A stretch of DNA of 57,371 nucleotides, filler included, from Dirinaria sp. TL-2023a (Eukaryota): NCBI GenBank assembly GCA_051941275.1. It is 3 parts of 3 records of this genome, joined end to end, with 100 filler letters (N's around TTAATTAATTAA, not from the genome) between each part and the next. Parts side by side here need not be neighbours in the genome. Positions count along the whole stretch, not along the records: positions 19,175 to 38,223 come from JAVEBF010000355.1; positions 38,324 to 57,371 come from JAVEBF010000356.1; 1 more part is not named here. The stretch is one strand, 5' to 3'. Below the pieces are notes generated by a model. The model saw only the letters and a list, made by a program, of their open reading frames with translations. It did no database searches and was not told the DNA's origin. Shown piece after piece: positions 35,301-46,850 of the stretch. Numbering within the stretch: position 1 is the stretch's first letter; the number at the start of each line of letters is the position of its first letter. A program made the translations under genes and the position numbers.

Positions 35301-37738
35301 CGACGAGCGCATGATCGAGCCTCAATTGTACGTGCCAGTAGTGCCTATGATACTGATCAACGGCGCAGACGGTATCGGAACGGGATGGAGCTCCAGCATA
35401 CCGAATTATAATCCCGAAGATATTGTCGAAAACCTGAAGCTTATGATGGATGGTCAAGAGATGAAGACTATGATACCTTGGTTCCGTGACTTTAAAGGTA
35501 CTGTCACTGCGATTGGCCCAGACCGTTACAAATTCAGCGGTATCATTAGGCAAATAAGTGACAGTGAAGTTGAGATCACGGAGCTTCCCATTCGCATGTG
35601 GACCCAGGACTTCAAGGATAAGCTTGTGGAAATCATCAAAGCGGAAAAGGTACCCTCGTTCATCAAGGATTACGACGATTACAACACTCATAAAGATGTC
35701 CATTTCACGGTCCGGATGGAAGACAAGCACATGAAAATTGCGCTGGCAGAAGGTCTGGAAGAGAAATTTAAGCTTTCCAGGTCCATAGCAACGTCGAACC
35801 TTGTAGCTTTTGACGCCGAGGGGAGAATCACCAAGTATGCAAATGTTGAGGAAATCATGAAGGAATTTTACAATATCCGTATCAAGTACTATGAGAAGAG
35901 AAAGGCAAGTACTACTCAAGTTTTACTACAGATGGCAGCCGCTGACAGCACAGTAGGCATACCAGCTATCAGAAATGCAGAGAGAGCTGGAGAAGTTCAC
36001 CAACCAGGCTCGGTTCGTCCAGATGATCATTGATGGGAAGCTTGTCGTTTCAAAGAAGAAAAAGCTTGTCCTAGTAGCAGAGCTTAATAAGCTGGGTTTC
36101 AAGGCGTTCCCAAAAGTGGCCGATGCTATCAAAGAAGGGGAGCTTGCACCTATCGCAGACAACGATGAAGAGACCGAGGAAGACGCCGAGACCGGAGCAG
36201 GTTCATTCGACTATCTCTTGGGCATGCCTATTTGGTCTTTGACCCAGGAACGTGTGGAGAAGCTGCTCAAGCAAATTGGTGACAAAGAAATTGAAATTGA
36301 TACCCTCATCAAATTAAGTAAGGAAGATATCTGGAAGAAAGACCTCGAAGATTTCATTGCCGAATGGCGCTTCCAACTCGATGACGAAGCTAAGCGCCAG
36401 AAGAAGATTGCGCACGCAGGTCGTCGAGCTTCAGCCAAACTTAAAATCGGCGGCGCAGGACCCCGAAAGCGCAAAGTAGACTCGGACGATGATTCAGACT
36501 TTGCCGGAGCCGCTCGACCCAAAAAGGCTGTGCCAGCTAAGAAAGCTGTCAAGGAACCTACAGGATTGTTAGCGGGTCTAGCTCCTATCGCAGCAGCAAA
36601 TCAGCCTAAGAAGCGAGGGCCTAAAGCAGGTTCCAAAACCGCTTCAAAGCCAGTCGAAGCCGCGAAGCCAGCGAAGACGGAGTCGCAAGATGTCGTGATG
36701 AACCTCGCCGACAGTGACGGTGTTTTTGATTCTCACGTCGCACCGGTCTTCCAGAAAGCGAAGGCAGCTGCAACCACTTCTAAACCTGTGCCTAAAGCTC
36801 CGAAGTCCGACGAGGACTCAGCAGGTGAATCAGCAGATGAAGAGATCGTACGTCCGGCCGTCGCTGCTCGGGGCCGCCGCGCTGCTGCAAAGCCAGTCAC
36901 GTACAATCTGGACGACTCGGACGATAGTAATGGCGACGACCTCCTCTTCGACGTTGGGAAGATGGTCAAAGGCATCGGCGGCGCCTCCCAGGAATCGAGT
37001 TCCCGCCCACTGTTCTCAGCAAACATGTCCCGCCCCGGCAGCAGCGCCGGGCTGCCGAAGAAACCGCTGAACCCAGCCCGCCAGACGACGACACTCGACG
37101 TCGACGAGGCGGACGATACCGATTACGCCATGCTCGCGCCGCCACCGACAGACAAGAAAGCCGTCACCGCGCGAAAGACGGTCCTGAGCGATGACGACAG
37201 CATCGCTCATGTTGATGATGACGACGACGACGAAGACGACTTCCTCGAATCCCCGCCCAAGCCGAAATCGAAACCGAAACCCAGAACCACCAAAGCCGCT
37301 CCAGCCGCAGCAGCAGTTGCAGCAGTCGCAGCGAAACCGGTCCCCAAGAAAGCGCCCGCGCCCCAGAAGAAAACGTCAGCAGCTCCTACCGAACCCAAAA
37401 AATTGCCCCTGAGTCCCGCCGCGAAAGCTTACGCCGCGAAGAAAGCGCGCCAGCAGCAGGAGCAGAAGGAGGCAGCAGCAGCCAAGCACGACAGCGAAGA
37501 CGAGGTCGAGAAAGTCGCGAATGAAATTCTGGACGAAGATGATGAGGTGGATGATGATGTGCCCAAGGCAGCGGTGGCAAGTCGGCGGCCAGCGAGGAAA
37601 GCGGCGGTTGAGGCTGGTAAGAAGAAGAAGATTGCTGCTGTGAGTAGTGATGATGAGGATGATGAGGAGGAAGGAGAGGAAGAGGAGAGTGAAAGTGAAG
37701 TGTTTGAAGAGGAGGAGGGGGAGAGTAGTTTTGCCTAA
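32362..37738 (+). CDS. top2: DNA topoisomerase II
   Basis: Exons 32362-32436, 32501-32866, 32926-35904, 35957-37738. Motifs EILVNAADN, GGRNGYGAKL, TEGDSA, PLRGK, MTDQDHDGSH, ASARYI (catalytic Tyr); charged low-complexity C-terminal tail. Confidence 0.98.
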
Positions 37739-38223
37739 CCTGATTACATTACTTACTTGAGAGTAGGATGGATGGCATGCAATGGATACATACAGTACTA
37801 TGGATTAATTGTTCATCGTGCATTGGAGAAGTTTGATTGATTGATTGATTGAGTTTGAGTTGGGTTTTAATCTTCGTTTCGAGGAGAGGGGAAGGGGTTG
37901 GTTAATTCTGCCTTATAGTAGCCCATTTTTGAACAATTCGAGATGCATGTTTCTTTTTTTGAAACCCTCTGGAGTGGATTTTGAGGGATGATCGTTCATC
38001 ATCATCAATTAATCACTAAGTTCATCATTTTCAACCTACCCTCTCCTACCCACGCCACGGAAAGACGACCAACCAAACCAAACCTGACCTGGCTGACTTG
38101 CCGCCCCCCCACAAAAAAAAAAACAAAAATCCAAAAACCTTCAAAGTTTGGGCAAAAAAAAAGGGGGGTTTATTTTAATTAACCACTCCCACCCCCTTTC
38201 TTTGCATCTACACACATACACCG

Positions 38224-38323
38224 NNNNNNNNNNNNNNNNNNNNNNNNNNNNNNNNNNNNNNNNNNNNTTAATTAATTAANNNNNNNNNNNNNNNNNNNNN
38301 NNNNNNNNNNNNNNNNNNNNNNN
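38224..38323. other. Artificial assembly linker / gap
   Basis: 44 N + TTAATTAATTAA + 44 N, identical to the first linker. Confidence 0.95.
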
Positions 38324-38620
38324 AAGGATACATGTATGTAGTTAGAGTCCAGGAAGGAAGGAAGGCATCTACTGGAGAGAGAACTTATGAGCGTCGAAAC
38401 TTGAGAGAGATATATATATAATGCATCTTACGTAGTCACTACCTCCATAAGGCAAAGTAGTTGATGATAAAAAGTCTGGCTTGGGGGGGAATCTTTTCTC
38501 AACGAACGATGGATGCTGGCTGGCTGGCCTTGAAACGCCAAAGCAAACCGAACCATCCAAGTAAAACAAGAAAAAAAAGAAATATCATGCGTTTCTCTCC
38601 ATCTCCCCTCCTTCCCAATT

Positions 38621-40332
38621 TCAAAAATGCTCCTTCCAAAACCCAAACTTCACGTCCCGCGTACTCACCTTGCGCGTCGCCTCCCGGATATCCCTGGCCG
38701 CGGAATTCGGCCCGCAGAAATAGACGCCGACTTTCGTCCTCCACGTCGCGTCCAGCCCGCCGATATACGTGCCATCCAAGATCCCCTCCCGCATGGCCTC
38801 GAACAGGCGCTTGAAATGGGGGCGGCCGAAGTTGGTGCGGGAGCGCAGCTCCGTGAGCGGGTCGCACGCGGCGCCGACGGTGTTGAGCTGGATGTTCTGG
38901 ATGGTGTCGACGTCGAGGCGCTGCGTGAGGTAGGTGTGTATCCTCAAGAACTCGGGTTCGTGGGCCGTTTCGGCGCGGGCGAGGGACTGCGCCTCGAGCG
39001 AGGAGAGCAGCGTCTGGAACCACTCGAAGGAGCTGGTGTCCTTGCAGACCCAGATGAACTCGACGCGGCGCAGCCGGCGCGGCGGGTTCGGGCTCGCGCG
39101 CAGGTGCCAGATGTTCTTCAGGATCGAGGCCCAGGGGGTCACGCCGATGCCGGTGCCGATCAGCACCGCGATCTCGTTGTTGAAGACGTCTTCGGCCGGG
39201 GCCCCGTAGGGCCCGTCGATCCGCAGGCGCGGCATCTGTTGCCCGTTTTGCAGCGCGATCTCGTACATCCCCATTGGATCGAGGGCGTCGAAGTCTTTGG
39301 ATTGGGATGGCCCGGCACCCAGGGCGTCACCCAGCGCGCGGGTGAAGTCGCCCACTTGCCGCACGTGGACCGAGATGTACGGGTCGAAGGGGCAGGAGGT
39401 GATGGTGAAGGGGTGCCATTGCGTCGTGGAGACCGAGGGCACGTTGAGCATGAGCCATTGGCCTGGTTTGTATTTCATGGACGGCTTTTCGAATTGGATT
39501 TCCACGGCGTCGTACGGGTGGCGGATCACTTTGGTGATTTTGGTGGGTCGCCGCGAGTTGATTTCGCGGTAGATGCGTTCGAGCAGGTAGATCCCCCCGC
39601 CCCAGAGTTCCCAGCGCCAGCCTTCGTAGCCGATGCAGTGCTTCCAGAAATTAGAGCCTGCGAAGGGCGAGTACGGCGTTGTCGAATCTCGGACGAAGCA
39701 GCCCGTGGCGTGGGTGTAGAGCCCGAGGAGGAAGGGGATGAATAGGTGGTGCGTGTACCAGAATGTTTCAAACGATTGCTGGCGGATCTTGGCGTGTGCG
39801 GTAGTGTACATCAGCAGCATGCAGAGAAGCATGACGTGGCCCGTTATACCGCCGGCCTCGGTGTAGTGGATCTGGATGGCGGTTTGGGGACGAAGTTGTG
39901 CTCGCTCGACGTTGAAGAAGTTGACGTAGTGCGCGCACACGTGGATGATGGTGAAGATCAGGATCGAGTAGGCCACTTGTCGATGGAACCATACGTTCTC
40001 GTCCAGTGGCAGGAATTGGATCTTTGGCCTGATCCATCGTAGTACATTCTTACACATCGGTAAGAGGATCAATGCTCCGTCGACCGACAGGCAAAGCCCT
40101 GCGCCTCGAGAAAGCCATACTGAGAAGGTGAGGGTGTTAAGCCCCGCCAGCTTTTGGTTGCTCTCTTGTAGAAACCTATTGCAGCTCGTTCAGTATAAGC
40201 CTATCCGCCCACGACGGGTTGTCCTGCTTACCATCCAAGAGCGAAGATGCCGATATGCCCGCCCCAAAAAATGAAATTGAAGACCAACTTTCTCCCCGTG
40301 AATTGTGCAGCAAACCAAGATCGCTCGCCCAT
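38621..40332 (-). CDS. noxA: NADPH oxidase catalytic subunit NoxA/Nox1 (gp91phox homologue)
   Basis: Exons 40332-40232 and 40175-38621. SRGAG, heme His in WFHR..IIHVCAH and FWYTHHLF..YTHA, FAD motif HPFTITS, IDGPYGAP, NADPH motif GIGVTP, YFCGP, terminal KEHF. No long N-terminal extension or EF hands. Confidence 0.96.
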
Positions 40333-43199
40333 GATGCAAAATGCAAGTCGTCGTTAGTGATTAGAATCGTCGTTCAGTATGTACCAATGGATTAGATGCA
40401 GAGCCGCGCAGCAGATCAGGAGACGCCACGCCGTAAGGGAGAAGAAATCTACAAGCGGAGGAGGAACGAACTTGGCAGTGGGTTTGGCAAGTCCAGCAAG
40501 CCTGAGGTTGGGAGAAGTTTTCTGGGCGCCCAGCGATATTATGAAGCCCAGATCCTTAAACGATGACTGTCGATACCAGGAGCCGCGGGTCGATCGTCGT
40601 CACTGTCGAGCGAGAGCAGAGTCGGTTGAGGCAAACTCCCGCTGCAATCTGCTACGGCCATGAAACCCTCGAGGTGACCAGTATCTGGCGCCCGCGCTTA
40701 AGGTGCTTATGCTTTGCAAAAGGCTTTCCCAGATGAAGTATGTATATTACTGATTTATGCCAGGTTCGAATTTTGGTACGGGCAGCCGTTGCCGTGGTGG
40801 TCGGTTGGGGAATCTTGGGACGTCAATGCGGTAGGCTTCGTTAATGCTGCAACGGTCGTCGATTCGATATAAGCTTATTACTTTAGGATCGCTGTCTTTT
40901 CATGAAGATTGGGTATGCCAAGTCAAACTGCGATGATACTGGCGGATAGTGATGTCAATGCGAAGTGCCTGACGGCAGTGTTGGATGATCAAACGGCTCC
41001 GGCGTTGTCGAGCAAAAGAGTGTGGTATGTCCGATCGAAGGATGGGTGTTTCCGAGCCCTTCTCCACTTTGGTCGCTATTCCTGGCTCTCTCTCAGCTGG
41101 GCAATGGCAGGTTTCGTCGAAGGATGGTGTTTCTGGTCGGTATACAGCAGGCGGCGGTGACGAGTGGCATGGACGGAGAGAAAATGGCAAAGCGAGATTC
41201 AGCAGATGTCGCAGCAAGGACCCGAAGGTCTGGGAAGACTCGCTAGTTCTGCACGGGGATATGCGCGCAGACTGATTTGGGGGGTGGTTCCTTTTTTGCT
41301 CAAACGTGATGTGTGTGAGCCAGGGGTCATGAAGAGCCCGGGCGCTTGCTTCCGAACGGCTTCCACAATCGTCGAAGAATTATGCTTTGCTAGAGAATAA
41401 TACTAGTAGACATCTTCAATTGAAATGATGAGATCTAATAGAATTAAAAGGTAGAAAAGAAATTGATCAATCGAAGCTACAGTATCTCTGTCTGCAGCGT
41501 GATTGAACGGGTGAAGAATAGGTGGCTGGGCACACTACAGTACAGTACTACTACTCAGTACCAACCTATGAAAAACTCACCACTGTCGCTCCAAGCCGAG
41601 TCTTCCTAAGTGCGTGGGCAGTCCATGGCCCTCTCCACACAAAGTTGTCCCTTGCGCCAAGGCAACGAGAAGTGGGCGTGTTCTAGGAGACTTTGGAAGA
41701 CTCTGGGATGGAGGGATGTGAAGAAAAAAGTCGAGACTTGGCAAGCAAGCCAATCACATTGACGGAGCAAGCGCTGGCACACTGGCGCTAGTGTACTTCT
41801 ACCCTACTCGATATAGACTACTCCCAGGTACTCGACCAATACTCCGTAGAGGTCCTCCGTAGAAGCGACCTGGAGGCTTGAAGGTTTGAAGGCTTGAAGG
41901 CTTGAAGGCTTTCTCGGACCTCTAGCGTAGACAGACCCGTGAAGAAATACTAGTTGATTCTTCTCACTAGAGTTGAATCAGGTAAGGTAGAGCTGTTCAA
42001 TAAGTTGACAATCTGTACTGTAAGGTGTGGAGAGGTGTTCTTCTTTCTTCGAAATTCACGCCGTCTGAGTGCTTGCCAAACACGAGCTCGGTCAGCACAC
42101 CAAAAGCGGCACACGGTTTGGGGTTCTTGGACACTCGTAAGCAGCTGCAGTTCCAAGTATCTTACGTCGTACTCGGGATCCATCCGGGAGAAGATTCGAA
42201 AGCAGACCAGAGATGTTCTGAAACCTTTCAAGCCTGCGACGATTCAAACAGTATGGATTGAGCGAGCAGCGGAGGGCCTTTATACCTGCTTCACCTCAAA
42301 CAACAGTCGTAAAAGCGTGGTCTTTGGTTCTGGTGAAAACTTAACCCACCACCTCCACACCATCTCTCTCTTCCACCTTCCTTGGACCATCGCAATTCGT
42401 CTCGTCACACAAGGGTTCAGTAGGTAAATGAGTTCAGCCAATCCAATTCCCGTGATCCATCAACCTTAGTGATCCTCTGAGACTCCGTCCCGCCCCGGTA
42501 GTAGTTTTCCCAGTCACCAATTGGCAGTGGTTGGCACAGACATACTGCTAGAATAACCAGGGATATCCCCCCGCTCTCAGCCGTTTGATTCGACGATCGT
42601 AGCATGAAGAAGGACTAGTGCCATCCGTCCTCCCAGCGGCTATTAATATTTCCAGCAACATCTTCAACCCCTCATGCAGCCAGTAGTCGTGCATGAATGG
42701 CTTTGCCCGCATTCATGCAGACTCTTCTCCATCAACCGCCGCGCCAGTGCGACTTCCCGAGTCGAGTCAGCGAGTCGGCCAGCAACAAGCCTGGAACCGA
42801 ACTCTCGGCCACAGAGCTTGGACAGCTTTCCTCGCTCGATCATGCGGTGCGATACGAAACCCCCCCGGTCACGGTCCCCATTTATCGGTTTATGCCTTTC
42901 TCGCCTCTCGCCTTTTTTGTTAACTCTCCGATACATGTCCTGTGTGAAGTAACGCATTGCTGTTCCATCGATCTCCTTCCTCCTCAGAGATATCAGTCTC
43001 CTACTTGACATATCTATGCCTATGCAACCAAGGATCTAGAAACCGCTTCATATTATTATTGCCAAGCCTGTCCATCGAGAACGAGACCATGTCCCTACCG
43101 CATCGGTCTCTGTAGCGATTGCTGTGCAATCCACCCCGCCTCTTTAATCCTCCCAAACCAGCTTCGACACCAATCGTTCACCATCTCCTCCTCGTCGCC
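40333..43199. promoter_or_regulatory. Shared divergent upstream region of noxA and noxD
   Basis: About 2.9 kb between two head-to-head start codons with no recognisable protein ORF. Contains GGCGCTTA-like sites at 40693, 40702 and 41341. Confidence 0.55.
41872..41911. repeat. 8-bp tandem repeat (GAAGGCTT) x5, two copies imperfect
   Basis: ggaggctt gaaggttt gaaggctt gaaggctt gaaggctt. Confidence 0.8.
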
Positions 43200-43699
43200 A
43201 TGGGCAAACTAATCAAAAACCATTGGGCCCGCCTAATAATCCTGACCGCCGCAGTCTGTAAGTTCTTAATCCCCATCCTCACAACCTTTCCACAAATTCC
43301 TACTCACACAAACGCACAGACCAAATCGCCGCCGCCCTCGAAGGGTTCTTCTGGCCCAAAATCTTCTGGGACTTCCTCACCACCAACCTGAACGGCGCCG
43401 TGAAACCCGTCCCCATCCTGCAGATCTTCAACCTCCTCTTCGGCATCCTCGGCCTGTGGTGGGAATGGCCGGGGCCCTGGATGTCCGGCTCCGCCATGCA
43501 CCGCTCCATGGAAGCCCGACTCGTCATCTACCCGCTCTCGGCCCTCGCAGCGCTGCTGCTCTACCAGGCCACGAACCCGGGCATCTATTACTTGGTCGGC
43601 GTGGGCGTGTATTTCTGGGCTTATAGTGAAGGGGAGATTGTGTGTGCGCCGTGGTCGCTGCCGAAGCGGCCTCGTACACGCCGCGTTGAGAAAGTTTAG
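43200..43699 (+). CDS. noxD: NoxD/PRO41/HAM-6, fungal p22phox homologue
   Basis: Exons 43200-43257 and 43320-43699 give MGKLIKNHWARLIILTAAVYQIAAALEGFFWPKIFWDFLTTNLNGAVKPVPILQ...WEWP...YQATNP...WAYSEGE..PW, which I recognise as the PRO41/NoxD signature. Confidence 0.9.
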
Positions 43700-44170
43700 A
43701 AAAGAGAGAGAGAGAGAGCAGCATTTTTTTCGCAGCATCAGCGGGTTTTGGGAATTAACGGCATTTGCGGTTTGCATTCGGCTGAGGAGTTTTTGAAAAC
43801 CTATAAATCTACGTCATGTAGATAGATATCGCAAAGGCCCAACAGTAGTGTGGCTGGATGAGGTGATGAAGTAACTTTCATGTTTTGCTAGGGTGCTGCT
43901 AGGTACTTACTGGAACTGTTGGTTCCTCGCAGGGCGGGTTTCAGTCTGGCTGTATATAGAACTATCCCTCCTAGCTGGAGCAGGGTGCTCATATCGAGAG
44001 CTAAAACTTGAACAAAAAAATAATCATCGTACGCAATTTCAAATGGCCCTGCCTTAGTCAGTCCACCACGATTGCAACGGCCATTTGTCAAAGATCCAGA
44101 TCTTTAATTGTTACATCGGTGCCACTCGAGGATAGGAAGACACCCCAAAACTGGGCATCACGAAGTTGGA

Positions 44171-44216
44171 AAAGAGACAAAAAGAAAAAAAAAAAAAAAA
44201 AAAAAAAAAAAACAAA
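44171..44216. repeat. Poly(A) tract (about 28 uninterrupted A) between convergent noxD and ent3
   Basis: Read directly at 44185-44212. Confidence 0.85.
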
Positions 44217-44529
44217 GGAATGCACTTGTAGATGGGATCGATGGAACTCGGAGCGAGCGCCCATTCTTAGCAGTGCACGAGATACCGTAACAACGAGTCC
44301 ACGAAGTTCAAATTTTGCAGAGATTGGCGGTCCCATCATTACCTTTATTTCAAATTGTTTGGCTAATGTCTCCCTGCCTGATCCGAATGCTTTCTTCTTC
44401 GCCAGTTCAGATAGATACAAAGCGCTTGCTCCTCAAAAGCTGGAATGCCCAAGCTGACGCGGCAAAAGTCGGATGCCTCTGCAGAAGACCCCACGGGCTA
44501 AAGAAACCGTCGGTTCTACGATTTTTCAT

Positions 44530-46385
44530 TCACAGCAGGTCATCCAATCCTCCATATTTCTGCCCAGCCTGGGACTGTTGTGCAGATGACTGTTGTGCAG
44601 CAGCACTGCCGGTTGGAGCATTGGCCCCCCAGATGCCGGCGCTGGTCTTCTCCTTGGCTAAATCCGACAGTTTGGGTCCTTGATTACCCGGCGTGGGCGT
44701 CTTCTTGATACCGGCATTCGCGCTCGCCGTTGACCAGAGAGAGCCGAACGCGTCTCCACCAGCGGAAGGTTTCGATTGTGTCGGTTTGTTGAAGGAGGCT
44801 GTTGAGCCTGCTGGCGACTTGATCCCACCTGGACCGGAAGATTGAGGAGCAGCTTGGACGACAGGGACGGAGGTGAAATAGTTCGGCGCTGCGGCTTGAT
44901 AGCCTGTAAGTTTAGGCTGTTGCTGGCTGATTGGTGGGGGAGAGGTGAATGCGCTTGCCGGGGGAGAGGTCGCTGAGCTAGGCGTTGGTGCTGTGAATGT
45001 GCTAGGTAGAGGTGAGACCATGGTATTTGAGCTAGGTGCTGGTGAAATGGAGCTGAAGCCGACGAGATCGTTGAGGCCGGTGCTCTGAGTGGCTGATACA
45101 GGTTTGGGCGCAGCGAACTGGGTGGAGGATTGTGGAGCACTTGTCCTTGTCGGTGGTGCGATGCCAGGTATTGAAGGGTTTGAGGTTGGCTGTGTAGTTG
45201 GTGTTGCTGATTGGAAGTCGTCAAAATCATCGTCTTCAGCTCCGCCGGATTGTAGGGTACCGAACCCGTCATCCATGGGATTGCTGGCAGGTTTCTTGCC
45301 ATTCGACACGAATTCCTTGGGTGGAGTCTCCGGAGGTATATCGTCGTCGAAACTGAGGATATCTATTTCAGGCTCCTTCTTCTTCGGAGGCTCAGGCTTC
45401 TTCAAATCTCGGCCCACGGGCGAAGTCGTCTCTGCTTTCCTTCTGCTTGGAGATGCTACAGCGCCCTCGTCGTATTCGTCGTACTCTTCGAAGCGATCTC
45501 GTCTGCTGCTGCTATCTTGAAAGCTGGATGTATTGCCTCCAAAGCCACCACCGTCACCATAGACGCCTCCGCTGTACCCTCCATAGCCCGCTTCTTCACT
45601 ACCGAATCCACCATACCGGCTACCACCCGAAAGTCCACCGCTCATTGCGCCTCCGGCAACACCTCCGAACTTGTTGCGGTTTGCCCTCGCCTTCTTTCTC
45701 TCGGCCCTGATTCGTTCAACGTCGCTGAGCAACTCCGCCAACTCTTTAGATCGATTACGCACGTTGACGCCTTGATCCTTTCCGTTCTGGTCAATGTAAT
45801 GGAATTGTTTGAGCATCTTTAGCAGAGAGAGGTGGGAACGGGCATCGTCAATGACACGTTCGGAGCCATTTTTGATAAGGAATTCGAGAAGCTGAAGACC
45901 CTGCACATGCTTAACGCTCAAAGATCGCCCGCGTAAAATCAGATGAGATGCACTTTGTATATTTGTCTCCACTCCTCCGCTGACTTTTCCGTGAATCTCT
46001 TATAGATCATAGGCATTATCTCATTCAATAGTTGACTGGGTACCAAGGTCAGCAACATGGTACCTCTGGTTGATCAAACTATAAGCTTACTAGGATTGAG
46101 TGGCATTGGCAATTTCTTGCATCAGAGTAGAGGACGCCCCCCATGGCTCATTGTTCGTAGCTTCTCTGACCTAGCGAAAAGATGTCAATGAGCTTCATGG
46201 CTTGGCGTATATGGTTGGATACTTTTGCTTCCATCTCAGTGTAGTTCATAACCGCTATAAGCAGATTGTTAGCACAGTCCAATGATGTCGAAAGTATGTT
46301 TACCATTCTGAACCTTTCGTACACCAGCTTTCAGGTCATACAACGTCAAGTTGCTGACCTGATCTCGAATGCTGCTGATGTCCAT
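44530..46385 (-). CDS. ent3: ENTH-domain epsin-related Golgi/endosome adaptor (Ent3/EpsinR)
   Basis: MDISSIRDQVSNLTLYDLKAGVRKVQNAVMNYTEMEAKVREATNNEPWGASS, EWRQIYK|GLQLLEFLIKNGSERV, DQGVNVR, DDDFDDFQSA; ends LDDLL. Several short 5' exons. Confidence 0.92.
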
Positions 46386-46850
46386 TGCGAATTTTAAATT
46401 GGTATAAGTGCAGATTGGACGTTAATGTATTTGTGTAGATCAGTTGTCAATTTGGTGGTTACCAGGAGGATTCATCCACAAAATTACGGCTTATGTAATA
46501 CAAATATGTGTTCATAAGGTAAGTCAGGCTCTGTCAGACTTCCGCCATTACACTATTACTACTTTATTCATCATGAGCTTATGAACTTACTGTAGGCCCT
46601 AACATCCTTGAGGCGGTATGGAACGCGGTTCTTATTATACTTCTCCTTCGCAAGCACGCTGAGAAACCCGATTCGTAAACGACACTTGCATCTCATTTTG
46701 TTTCCGCAAGCCTTTGGTAGCTTGCTTCTACGATTCTCCTATCTTCAATGGTTCTCACATTGTACTAGACTTCGATGCATTTTTGGATTACTCATTCGAT
46801 AAAGTTTCCTTCAGAGCCGATCTCGTGGCGCTGTAGCTACTTGTGCAGAC

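Noticed and set aside
38627..39745. 372-aa plus-strand ORF overlapping noxA
   Set aside because: Antisense shadow of a GC3-rich coding sequence; no recognisable protein features.
40379..43011. Short ORFs between noxA and noxD
   Set aside because: No recognisable domains, many non-ATG starts and overlapping frames; consistent with chance ORFs.
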